Source of the DNA: an uncultured Chloroflexia bacterium
GTDB taxonomy: Bacteria; Chloroflexota; Limnocylindria; Limnocylindrales; CSP1-4
DNA: 64,000 nucleotides
Reading direction: 5' to 3'
NCBI GenBank assembly: GCA_963712585.1
Contig: CAVQIH010000012.1
Coordinates: forward strand, 36,692 to 100,691
Shown here: in pieces, positions 30,632-39,387 of the stretch
Numbering within the stretch: the stretch's first letter is position 1
Layout: each line of letters begins with the position of its first letter
The notes under the pieces: generated by a model
Databases searched by the model: none
Told to the model about the DNA's origin: nothing
Seen by the model: the letters and a program-made list of their open reading frames with translations, nothing else
Program-made: the position numbers and the translations under genes

Positions 30632-32364
30632 GCGAGCGGCGGATCGGGGTCTACGTCTGTCACTGCGGCGGGAACATCTCCGACTACGTCGACGTGGACG
30701 AGGTCGTGGCCCAGGTCAGGGGCGATGCCGACGTGGTCGTGGCCCGCACGGCCATGTTCGCCTGCTCGGACGCCACCCAGCAGGAGATGCTCCAGGACAT
30801 CGCGGAGCACAAGCTCGACGGCCTGGTCGTCGCCTCGTGCTCGCCCAAGCTGCACACCTACACCTTCCGCGGAGTGGCGGCCCGGGCCGGTCTGAACCCC
30901 TACGAGTACTCCCAGGTGAACATCCGGGAGCAGTGCTCCTGGGTGCACACCGACGACCCAAAAGGGGCCACCAGCAAGGCAACCGGCCTGGTGAAGGCGG
31001 GCATCGCCCGAACCAGGCTGACGACGCCCCTCGAGCCGATCGTCGTCGAGACGGTCCCCAAGACGCTGGTGATCGGGGGTGGCATCGCCGGCCTGCGGGC
31101 GGCGATCGGGCTGGCGAGGATCGGGCTCGGCGTCTTCCTGGTCGAACGCGAGGCGGAGCTCGGGGGCTGGGTGGGCCGCTTCGGCCCGATGTACCCCCAC
31201 GGGCGGGACGGCGCAGAGCTGATCGCCGGCCTCGTGCAGGAGGTCCGGGCCAACCCTTCGATCACCGTGTTCATGGGGGCCGAGGTCGTCAGCAAGGCGG
31301 GCAGTTTCGGCAACTACCAGGTCGGCATCCGGGTCAAGTCGACGCCGCCGCAGACGATCCAGCTCGAGGTCGGCTCGCTGGTCGTGGCCACCGGGTTCGA
31401 TGCCTACCAGCCGGAAGCCGGGGAGTATGGCTACGGGATCGGAGGCGTGCTGACGCTGCCGGAGTTCAAGGAGCTGATCGACCGGTCGGCGGGACGGCTC
31501 ACCTACCAGGGGAGGCCGGTCGGGACCGTCGTCTATGTCTACTGCGTCGGCAGTCGGCAGGCCGCCGAACCGCCCGGGGCCAACGCGTACTGCTCGCGCT
31601 ACTGCTGCGCGGCCACCGTCCAGGCCTCGATCCAGGTCGCGGGGCTCGACCCGAAGGTCCACCAGTACCACCTCTACCGCGACATGCGGACGTACGGCCG
31701 GTACGAGCTGCTGTACACGGAGTCTCGGAAGAAGGGCTCGGTGTACGTGAAGTTCGCCGATGGTGCTCCACCCGCCGTGACCAGGCTGGATGACGGGCGG
31801 CTGATGGTCAACGTGCGAGATCTCTTGACAGGCGGCGAGGAGCTCGCGATCCCGGCAGACCTGGTCGTCCTGGTCACCGGCATGGTCCCCCGGAGCAACG
31901 CCGATCTGGTGCGGGCCCTCAAGGTGCCGGTGGGTACGGACGGGTTCTTCAACGAGATCCACCCCAAGTTGCGGCCGGTCGAAACCGTAGTGGATGGCGT
32001 CCTCATCGCCGGGGCCTGTCAGGGGCCGAAGAGCTCGGCCGAGGCGGTGGCTTCCGGTCTGGCCGCCGTCACCCAGAGCGCCGCCGTCTTGAAGAAGGGC
32101 TATGCCGAGCTGGATCCGCTGATCGCGGAGGTCGACACCGACGCCTGCAGTGGATGCGGCGAATGCCTCGCGGCCTGCCCGTACGAGGCCATCCAGATGG
32201 CCGACCTGAACGGCCGGGCGGTCGCCGTCATCAGCGAGACCGGCTGCAAGGGCTGTGGCGGATGCGTGCCCCTCTGCCCGGAGAACGTGATCGATCTGCG
32301 GGGCTATGCCGATGCCCAGATCACCGCCATGATCGACAGCCTGCTCGAGGTCCCGGTCGGATGA
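30628..32364 (+). CDS. HdrA/QmoB-like flavoprotein with N-terminal Cys-cluster (MvhD-like) domain and C-terminal 2x[4Fe-4S] ferredoxin domain
   Basis: N-terminus RIGVYVCHCGGNISDYVD...FACSDAT...VVASCSPKLH is the HdrA N-terminal cluster domain. FAD site TLVIGGGIAGLRAAIGLARIGLGVFLVERE. HdrA signature CVGSRQAAEPPGANAYCSRYCCAAT. C-terminal motifs CSGCGECLAACP and CKGCGGCVPLCP. ATGA overlap with the upstream gene. Confidence 0.8.
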   Translation: MSERRIGVYVCHCGGNISDYVDVDEVVAQVRGDADVVVARTAMFACSDATQQEMLQDIAEHKLDGLVVASCSPKLHTYTFRGVAARAGLNPYEYSQVNIREQCSWVHTDDPKGATSKATGLVKAGIARTRLTTPLEPIVVETVPKTLVIGGGIAGLRAAIGLARIGLGVFLVEREAELGGWVGRFGPMYPHGRDGAELIAGLVQEVRANPSITVFMGAEVVSKAGSFGNYQVGIRVKSTPPQTIQLEVGSLVVATGFDAYQPEAGEYGYGIGGVLTLPEFKELIDRSAGRLTYQGRPVGTVVYVYCVGSRQAAEPPGANAYCSRYCCAATVQASIQVAGLDPKVHQYHLYRDMRTYGRYELLYTESRKKGSVYVKFADGAPPAVTRLDDGRLMVNVRDLLTGGEELAIPADLVVLVTGMVPRSNADLVRALKVPVGTDGFFNEIHPKLRPVETVVDGVLIAGACQGPKSSAEAVASGLAAVTQSAAVLKKGYAELDPLIAEVDTDACSGCGECLAACPYEAIQMADLNGRAVAVISETGCKGCGGCVPLCPENVIDLRGYADAQITAMIDSLLEVPVG

Positions 32365-32606
32365 GCGCCCCGCGAGAGACCCGCGAGATCGTCCGCGAGG
32401 AACCCCTCATGCGGCGGCGGATCCTGGCCGTGCTCGCGGAAGGGCCGCGGACGATCCCCGAGATCGGCGCCGCGATCGGCAGCCCTACCCATGAAGTCCT
32501 GCTTTGGGTGATGGGCATGCGCAGGTACGGCTACATCGCCGAGGTCAAGGGCGACAGCGAGGACGGCTACTTCCGATACCGGGCCCTGGAGAGGGTCGCG
32601 CCATGA
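32361..32606 (+). CDS. small winged-helix (MarR/ArsR-like fold) protein embedded in the hdr operon
   Basis: 81-aa protein MSAPRETREIVREEPLMRRRILAVLAEGPRTIPEIGAAIGSPTHEVLLWVMGMRRYGYIAEVKGDSEDGYFRYRALERVAP. ATGA start overlap with the upstream stop, and its stop overlaps the next start, so it is translationally coupled on both sides. Confidence 0.5.
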   Translation: MSAPRETREIVREEPLMRRRILAVLAEGPRTIPEIGAAIGSPTHEVLLWVMGMRRYGYIAEVKGDSEDGYFRYRALERVAP

Positions 32607-33808
32607 CCAGCGTGACCGTGCAGCAGCTGGATCCGGACCTGTACTCGCAGCTCCAACGGTTCGGCGCGACCGACATCTCGGCCTGCTTCAACTGCGGCAC
32701 TTGCACCGCGATCTGCCCATTGTCGGAGCACGACGCGACCTTCCCCCGGCGGATCATCCGCTACGCACAGGTCGGCATGAAGGACGCCCTCCTCTCGAGC
32801 AAGGAGCTCTGGAGCTGCTACTACTGCGGCGAATGCTCGGAGACCTGCCCCACGCAAGCCGGTCCGAGCGAGTTCATGGCCGCCGCCCGGCGCTTCGCGA
32901 TTGCCAGCTACGACCGAACGCGACTGGCGCGGACGATGTATACGAGCCCCATCGTCGGGACCCTGGTCGCCGTGCTCCTGGCGGCCTTCTTCGCCCTCTT
33001 CATGTACGCCGGTCGGGGCCCTCAGAACACCCGATCGCTAGCCCTCTTCGAGTTCGTGCCAGCCGAGCTCGTTCACGACATCGGCATCGCGGTCATGATC
33101 GCCGTCTTCCTGGCCGGCCTCGTTGGCGTGGCCAGCATGGCGAGACGGATCGGGCGCTCCGAGGGCGTCGGCTGGCGAACGGTAATCGGCAGTCGCCCGG
33201 CGATTGGCCGATCGCTGCGAGCGCTCTGGGTCGCGCTTGGGCGCGAGTCGCTCGGCCAGCGGCGCTACCGGAACGAGTGCGAGTCCGCCCAGGAGCCGTT
33301 ACCCTGGTACCGCCGTCGGTGGCTGCTCCACGCGACCATCATGTGGGGCTTTCTGGGTCTGTTGGGCGCCACGATCCTCGACTATGGCCTGGCCCTGGCC
33401 GGCGTCAAGGCGACCGGGACCCCGGTGCCGATCTGGTACCCCGTTCGTTTGCTGGGGACCGTCGCAGGCGTAGCCCTCATGTACGGCACGACCATGGTCA
33501 TCAGCGACCGGCTGCGCGGCGCCAACCGGTCGGTCGTCCATTCCACGTCCGCGGACTGGACGTTGCTGACGCTCCTCTGGCTGGCCGGCGTGACCGGCTT
33601 TGTGCTGGAGCTCGCGCTCTATCTGCCGGACGCCCCGACCTGGGGCTACTGGGTATTCCTGTTCCACGTGGCGGTCGCCATGGAGCTCGTGCTGCTGGCC
33701 CCGTTCATGAAGCTCGCCCATGCCGTCTATCGGCCGGTCGCCCTCTTCTTCGTGGCGCTCGCCCAGGCGCCCGGAGACGGTGGCTCCGGCCACCCGACCG
33801 GCAGCTAG
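32603..33808 (+). CDS. QmoC-like protein: HdrC-type 2x[4Fe-4S] domain fused to HdrE/NarI-type six-helix membrane (putative dihaem cytochrome b) domain
   Basis: N-terminal CFNCGTCTAICP and CYYCGECSETCP (HdrC pattern), then six hydrophobic helices with conserved His (HDIGIAVM, LHATIMWG, FHVAVAMEL, LAHAVY). Same architecture as QmoC. Confidence 0.7.
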   Translation: MTSVTVQQLDPDLYSQLQRFGATDISACFNCGTCTAICPLSEHDATFPRRIIRYAQVGMKDALLSSKELWSCYYCGECSETCPTQAGPSEFMAAARRFAIASYDRTRLARTMYTSPIVGTLVAVLLAAFFALFMYAGRGPQNTRSLALFEFVPAELVHDIGIAVMIAVFLAGLVGVASMARRIGRSEGVGWRTVIGSRPAIGRSLRALWVALGRESLGQRRYRNECESAQEPLPWYRRRWLLHATIMWGFLGLLGATILDYGLALAGVKATGTPVPIWYPVRLLGTVAGVALMYGTTMVISDRLRGANRSVVHSTSADWTLLTLLWLAGVTGFVLELALYLPDAPTWGYWVFLFHVAVAMELVLLAPFMKLAHAVYRPVALFFVALAQAPGDGGSGHPTGS

Positions 33809-33897
33809 CGAGGCGACTTGTGACGACGTCAACCGTGATCCCGGGCTTGGATCGGAACCAGCAGGCCCCGACCGCCTGACTACCGAGGAGGTATCTG

Positions 33898-34390
33898 ATG
33901 ATGTCGATTCTGCCGCGGGTGGCGCACGAACACCACGAGCGACTCCTGCACCACGTCGATCAACTCCCAACCGTGGGCGACCTGATCGGGGTACTCCCGC
34001 TCGCCGAACTCCGCCCGGATCGGCGAGGCGTGCGGCTTCCTGAGCGGGCTCCTCATTCCCCACATGGAGGCCGCTGAAGGGACCCTCTACCCGGAGCTCG
34101 AGCGCCTCCTCCAGAACCGTCATTCGATGACACCGATGCGGCGCGAGCACGCCGAGATCCGGCGGCTGGTGGGCGAGCTCGGGCGGTTGCAGGAGGAGAT
34201 GGACGGCGGCCGGTTCTCGACCGGCGAAGCGGTCGCGCTCCGTCGTGTCATCTTCCGCCTCTACGCGCTGCTGAAGGTCCATCTCGCCGAGGAGCAGCTC
34301 TACATCGGGATCGTCGAGCACGGGGTCTCCGCCGAGGCCGCCGACGCCCTGGCGAAAGCGATGGAGCACGTCGGGACCGCGGAGTTCTGA
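33898..34390 (+). CDS. hemerythrin-like (HHE cation-binding) domain protein, one apparent frameshift near 34010
   Basis: RBS ggagg. MMSILPRVAHEHHERLLHHVDQLP.., then after the shift ..HMEAAEGTLYPELERLL..REHAEIRRLVGEL..LKVHLAEEQ (H-x3-E repeats). Paralog of the 35018-35539 gene. Confidence 0.55.
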
Positions 34391-34640
34391 TCGAAGCCAG
34401 CCGCTTCGGCACACCCCGCTCGAGGCCGCTATGCTCCAGACGCATATGGATGCGTCGAGCCAGAGAGCGCGGAGGACCGGCGGACGACCCGGGGCTCAGC
34501 ACGACCTCGAGCCTGGCGAGGAGCCTGCGGGACTCGACGACGGGACCGGGGTCGACTCCGCGACCGTGGCGTCCGACCGCGACGCAGCCGGCGTGCCGGT
34601 CCATCGCGGATGGGCTCCGCTCGGCGGGCGACGGCGGTGG

Positions 34641-34994
34641 ATGGAGCCGTTCGTGCTCGTCCTTCTCGCGGGTGGTGGCGCCCATGGCTACGCGATCACC
34701 GGCCAGCTCGAGGAGATGGGCATCACCGGTGGTTCGGTCGATCTCGGACAGGTGTACCGCACCCTGCGCGACCTCGAGCAGGCCGGCCAAGTGACCTCGA
34801 GCTGGTCAACCGAATCCGTGGGTCCCCAGCGGCGCGACTACGAGCTGACCGAGGCCGGCTACACGGCCCTCGACGAGTGGGCAGCGGTCATGAAGGCGCG
34901 AGCACGACTCGTCGCCGAGTTCGAGGCGCGCTACCTCGAGTCGGTCGCCAGCCCCAGGCGGTGGGCCCAGGGGGGCGATCCTCCGCGGCCCTGA
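34641..34994 (+). CDS. PadR-family transcriptional regulator
   Basis: MEPFVLVLLAGGGAHGYAITGQLEEMG...GQVYRTLRDLEQAGQVTSSW...RRDYELTEAGYTAL. The ORF extends upstream to 34431 with an Arg/Pro-rich region of doubtful reality. Confidence 0.75.
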   Translation: MEPFVLVLLAGGGAHGYAITGQLEEMGITGGSVDLGQVYRTLRDLEQAGQVTSSWSTESVGPQRRDYELTEAGYTALDEWAAVMKARARLVAEFEARYLESVASPRRWAQGGDPPRP

Positions 34995-35017
34995 CGGTAC
35001 CGGCCGCCAGCCGCCGC

Positions 35018-35539
35018 CTACAAGGGCTCGGCGACGGCGTGCTCGATGCCCCGGGCGAGCAGGTCCTTCTCCTGCACCGACAGGTTGTGGTCGAGGACGC
35101 CCAGGTAAAGCTCTTCTTCCGCAAGGTGGACCTTGAGGATCGCGTAGAGGCGGTAGAGAGCGCGCCGCAGGCCCATGCCCTCGGCCGGGTTGAGGCCTCC
35201 CGTGGCAAGGTCGGCCCGGTACTCACCGAGAGCGTCGATGAGCCGACGGAGGTCGGCGTGCTCGCGACGCATCGGGGCCATCGAGTGGCGGCCCTCCATG
35301 AGCCTTTCGAGCCGCCCGTAGAGGGTCGTCTCGATCGCTTCCATGTGCGGGACGAGCTGACCGACGATGAAGCGGTATTCCGCCTCGAAGCTCACGCGGA
35401 AGGCGGCCGGGGGCTCACGGCCGATCATCTCCGCGAGCTCGGGCAGACGATCGACGTGCGCCTCGATCCTCTCGTGATGCTGGTGGCTGGTCCGCGCGAG
35501 CGACTCGGCGTCTGGCGTGTCCGTGGGCTCCGGGGGCAT
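35018..35539 (-). CDS. hemerythrin-like (HHE cation-binding) domain protein, paralog 2
   Basis: MPPEPTDTPDAESLARTSHQHHERIEAHVDRLPELA...HMEAIETTLYGRLERLM..REHADLRRLIDALG..LKVHLAEEELYLGVL. Roughly 45% identical to the 33898 gene. Divergent orientation. Confidence 0.6.
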   Translation of the reverse strand: MPPEPTDTPDAESLARTSHQHHERIEAHVDRLPELAEMIGREPPAAFRVSFEAEYRFIVGQLVPHMEAIETTLYGRLERLMEGRHSMAPMRREHADLRRLIDALGEYRADLATGGLNPAEGMGLRRALYRLYAILKVHLAEEELYLGVLDHNLSVQEKDLLARGIEHAVAEPL

Positions 35540-35644
35540 GGCCAACAGTGTACGGGGCAACGGACGCACTCTTCGCGCCTGACTCACGGCCCTTGCGGTG
35601 GCGCCCGCGCCGCCCGAGGATGACGGTCTCGGGAGGTGCCGCCC

Positions 35645-36657
35645 ATGACCGACTGGCGCGACCGGCTCAACGCCGATCCCCTGCCCTGGCTCCTCGAAGA
35701 CGAGACGCCCGCCGTCCGGCACCTGGCACTCCGCCAGCTGCTCGACCGGTCGGCCGACGACCCCGACGTGATGGCGGCGCGGGACGCCGCGACGCGCGCC
35801 GACCCGATCGCGGCGATCTTCGCCGCCCAGGATCCGGCCGGCTGGTGGGCCAAGCCGGGACCCGGCTACGCCCCAAGTACAGCGGCACGGCCTGGCAGCT
35901 CATCTTCCTCGACCAGCTGGGGGCCGACCCGGACCAACCCGCGGTCGCCGCGGGCTGCGACTACGTCCTCTCCCACTCCCAGGCGACCTCGGGCGGCTTC
36001 GGGGCGTCATCGGTGCGTACCTCGTCTGCACCGCCGCCGTCGATGGTCATCCACTGCCTCAACGGCAACCTCCTGCGCGCCCTGGTGGGCTTCGGTCGCC
36101 TGGACGACGAGCGGGTTCAACGGGCCGTCGAATGGCAGGCTGCCGCCATCACCGGCGAGGGTGAGATCCGCTTCAACGCCATCACCCCCGGACCGGGCTT
36201 CCGCTGCGGCGCGAACGAGGGGCTCCCGTGCGGCTGGGGGGCCACCAAGGCAGTCCTCGGCCTGGCCCGCATCCCGCCCGAACGGCGCGGCCCGCGCGTC
36301 CAGCGGGCCCTCGACGCCGGGGTCGACTTCCTCCTCAGCCGCGACCCTGCCACCGCGGACTACCCAATGGGCTACGGGAACACCAAGCCGAGCAGCTCGT
36401 GGTTCAGGCTCGGCTTCCCCTCAGGCTACGTCGGCGACGTCCTCCAGGTGCTCGAGGCCCTCTGCGAGGCCGGCGCGGCCCACGATGGTCGCCTCGGCCC
36501 AGCCGTGGCGTGGCTGCTCGGCCAGCAGGACCGCGCCGGCCGCTGGGAGAACCGCTACGCCTACGCGGGCAAGATGATCGTCGACATCGACCAGCCGGGC
36601 CGCCCGAGTCGCTGGGTCACCCTGCGCGCTTGTCGCGTCCTCAAGGCCGTCGCTTAA
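35645..36657 (+). CDS. hypothetical protein, possible prenyltransferase/terpene-cyclase-like alpha-alpha toroid repeat protein (one apparent frameshift near 35873)
   Basis: MTDWRDRLNADPLPWLLEDETPAVRHLALRQLL...WWAKPGPGYAP|KYSGTAWQLIFLDQLGADP...GWGATKAVLGLARIP...GRWENRYAYAGKMIVDIDQPGRPSRWVTLRACRVL. The fold assignment is tentative. Confidence 0.35.
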
Positions 36658-36756
36658 CCATGCGAGCCTCGACCGCCGGCGCGATCCGGGGGTCCCAGCC
36701 TGTCCGCATCCGGACCGCGTTACACTCCCGGCAACCGCCGTGGGAGGAGGCACCCG

Positions 36757-38680
36757 ATGCCGAAGGGCTACGTCCGGCTCACCCACCCGCTCGTGCGCGA
36801 TGCCCGCAGCGCGCCGTTCCGGCAGGCGACCTGGGAAGAGGCGCTCGACCGGACGGCCGCCGGTTTGCGCGTCGCCAGCGAGCGGGGCGGGACGCGGAGC
36901 TTCGGGCTGTTCAGCTGCTCGAAGGCGACCAACGAAATGAACTTCGCGGCCCAGAAGTTCGCTCGGGCCGTCATCGGCAGCAACAACGTCGATAGCTGCA
37001 ACCGAACCTGACACGCTCCCAGCGTCGCCGGTCTGGCGACAGTCTTCGGAGCCGGGGGCGGCACCAGCTCCTTCCGTGAGGTGGAGGAGACGGATCTCGT
37101 CGTCCTCTGGGGCTCGAATGCCCGCGAGACGCATCCGATCTTCTTCCATCACCTCCTCAAGGGGATCCACAACGGGGCGCGCCTCTACGCGGTCGATCCG
37201 CGCCGGACGAGCTCGGCGGCCTGGGCGGACGGCTGGCTCGGGCTCGACGTGGGAGCGGACATTGCGCTCGCCAACGCGATCGGTCGCGAGATCATCGCTG
37301 CCGGCCTGGAGCATCGCGGCTTCATCGAGCACGCCACGACAGGCTTCGAAGCCTACCGGGCCAAGGTCGAGCCCTACACCCTCGCCCACGCCGAGCGGGA
37401 GACGGGCGTCCCGGCCGACCTGATCCGCGAGCTCGCCCACGCCTACGCCACGGCCCCCCGGGCGATGATCTGCTGGACGCTCGGCATCACCGAGCATCAC
37501 AACGCGGTCGACAACGTCCTGGCCCTCATCGACCTGGCCCTCCTCACCGGCCACGTCGGCCGCTACGGGAGCGGCCTCAACCCGCTCCGCGGCCAGAACA
37601 ACGTCCAGGGCGGCGGTGACATGGGCGCCATCCCCGATCGGCTGCCGGGCTTCCAGCACGTCGAGAACGAGGAGCTGCGGGCGAAGTTCGAGGCGGCCTG
37701 GGGAGTGACCATCCCGCCCAAGCGGGGCTGGCACCTCTCGGCGATGTTCGAGGCGATGGAACGGCGCGAGCTCACCACCCTCTACGTGATCGGCGAGAAC
37801 CCGCTTCAATCCGAGGCCGACCAGGCCAAGGCCCGGCACGCGCTCGAGGGTCTCGACTTCCTCGTCGTGCAGGACATCTTCCTGACCGCCACCGCCCGAG
37901 CTCGCCGACGTCGTCCTACCAGCCTCCGCGTCCTGGGCCGAATCGGAGGGCACGGTCACCAACAGCGAACGTCGCGTCCAGCGCGTCCGGCGCGCGCTGG
38001 ACGCCCCCGGCGAGGCTCGCGACGACCTGGCGATCCTCTTCGAGCTGGCCCGCCGCCTCGGGGCCGACTGGGGTGCCCCCGATCCGGAACGCGTCTGGGA
38101 CGAGCTGCGCTCCCTGAGCCCGATGCACGCAGGGATGAGCTACGCCCGCCTGGATGCCCTCGGCGGCATCCAGTGGCCCTGCTACGACGAGGACCACCCG
38201 GGCGAGCTGTTCCTCCATTCGCGGCTCTGGGAGGACCCGCTACCCGGCCGGCGGGTGCCCTTCGTGCCGGTCGACCACAAGCCGCCGGTCGACCGGCTCG
38301 ATGACGACTTCCCGATCCGCCTGACGACCGGCCGCCGCCTCGACTCCTACAACACCGGCGTCCAGACGGCCGGCTATCGGTCCCCGTTGCGGCGCGGCGA
38401 ATCACTCGACATCTCGCCGGAGGACGCGGCCCGCCATGGCCTCGCCGAGGGCGAGAAGGTCCGCGTCGTGTCGCGACGGGGCGAGCTCGTGGCTCCGGTC
38501 CGGATCGATAAATCGCTCCGTCCGGGCCTGACCTTCATGACCCTCCATTTCCAGGACGACGTGGCGACCAACCTGCTGACGATCGACGCGACGGACCCCA
38601 AGTCCGGCACGGCCGAGTTCAAGGCGACGGCGATCCGGATCGAGAAGCTCACCGCCGCGGCGAGTGGCGGGGCAGGTTGA
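36757..38680 (+). CDS. fdhA: formate dehydrogenase catalytic (molybdopterin) subunit, selenocysteine-containing (in-frame UGA at 37009-37011); lacks the N-terminal Fe-S domain; one apparent frameshift near 37900
   Basis: RBS gggaggagg. ...[32 protein letters not shown]... aligns residue-for-residue with E. coli FdhF [32 protein letters not shown] (Sec140). Downstream ..NPLRGQNNVQGGGDMGA.., then after a 1-nt shift ..ELADVVLPASASWAESEGTVTNSERRVQRV.. and the C-terminal capping domain. Confidence 0.85.
37012..37050 (+). promoter_or_regulatory. putative bacterial SECIS element (hairpin GUCGCC-GGUCU-GGCGAC, 12 nt after UGA)
   Basis: The sequence after UGA is CACGCUCCCAGC, then the stem-loop. The E. 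coli fdhF SECIS has the same layout (UGA, CACGGCCCAUCG, stem, GGUCU apical loop). Confidence 0.6.
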
Positions 38681-38692
38681 CCGGAGGCGGCG

Positions 38693-38974
38693 ATGGCCGA
38701 GTGGATCTACTTCATTCACCCGCCCCGCGAGAACTTCGCGGACACCATGACCGACGAGGAGATCGAGGTCTGGGGCGTTCACTTCGAGCGCTTCGAACGC
38801 CTCCTGGCTGAGGGAGTCCTGGTCCTCGTCGGCCCGACGCTCGGCCAGGTGAACACCGGCATCGCCATCTTCGAGGCCCCCGACGAGGCGAGCGCCCGCC
38901 GGCTCATGGAGGAGGACCCGGTCATGCCGGCGGATTCGCGCGAGGCGAGCTTCGGCCGTTCCGCGTCTCGCTGA
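38693..38974 (+). CDS. YciI-like / dimeric alpha-beta-barrel family protein (C-terminus may be frameshifted)
   Basis: MAEWIYFIHPPRENFADTMTDEEIEVWGVHFERFERLLAEGVLVLVGPTLGQ... fits YciI-like domain length and pattern. The alternative frame gives a more typical ..GGFARGELRPFRV C-terminus. Confidence 0.45.
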   Translation: MAEWIYFIHPPRENFADTMTDEEIEVWGVHFERFERLLAEGVLVLVGPTLGQVNTGIAIFEAPDEASARRLMEEDPVMPADSREASFGRSASR

Positions 38975-39052
38975 TGCGCGGACGCGACGGGTAGGCGCGG
39001 ACGCGACCTGCGCCGGCGGCTCCACGCCCGGACTGGCGCCTGGTCCGATGCC

Positions 39053-39271
39053 TCAGGGATGGGCGTCTCTGGAGGGACCGCCCGGCTCGCCCTGGCCGGG
39101 GGCGACCACGACCTCGTCCTCGCAGGTCGCGCAGCGGTAGAGCTGCGCTCCGTGGGCAAGCGCGCGCTCCACGTCGTGGTCGGTCGGCGAGTGGTGCTCA
39201 CGGCGCTCCATGCGGACCTTCTTGCCGCCATGCAGGTGGAACAGCTCCATCGACGGGAGCGGGTTGATCAC
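39053..39271 (-). CDS. hypothetical small protein with a single CxxC (YRCATCEDE)
   Basis: 72-aa ORF MINPLPSMELFHLHGGKKVRMERREHHSPTDHDVERALAHGAQLYRCATCEDEVVVAPGQ.. Weak support; possible zinc-ribbon. Confidence 0.25.
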   Translation of the reverse strand: MINPLPSMELFHLHGGKKVRMERREHHSPTDHDVERALAHGAQLYRCATCEDEVVVAPGQGEPGGPSRDAHP

Positions 39272-39387
39272 GTTGACCCTCCTTCGGCGCTGGTGGAACC
39301 AGCCTAGCGGCGCGGGTCAACGGAACGGCCCGCCGTGGCGCCGATCCAGCATCGGACGCTGGCCCGGGGTGGCTACACTCGTCGTGG

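Noticed and set aside
34431-34640. N-terminal 70-aa extension of the PadR ORF (MLQTHMDASSQRARRTGGRPGAQ...)
   Set aside because: Arg/Gly/Pro-rich, and PadR proteins are ~110 aa. The internal ATG at 34641 gives a canonical-length protein.
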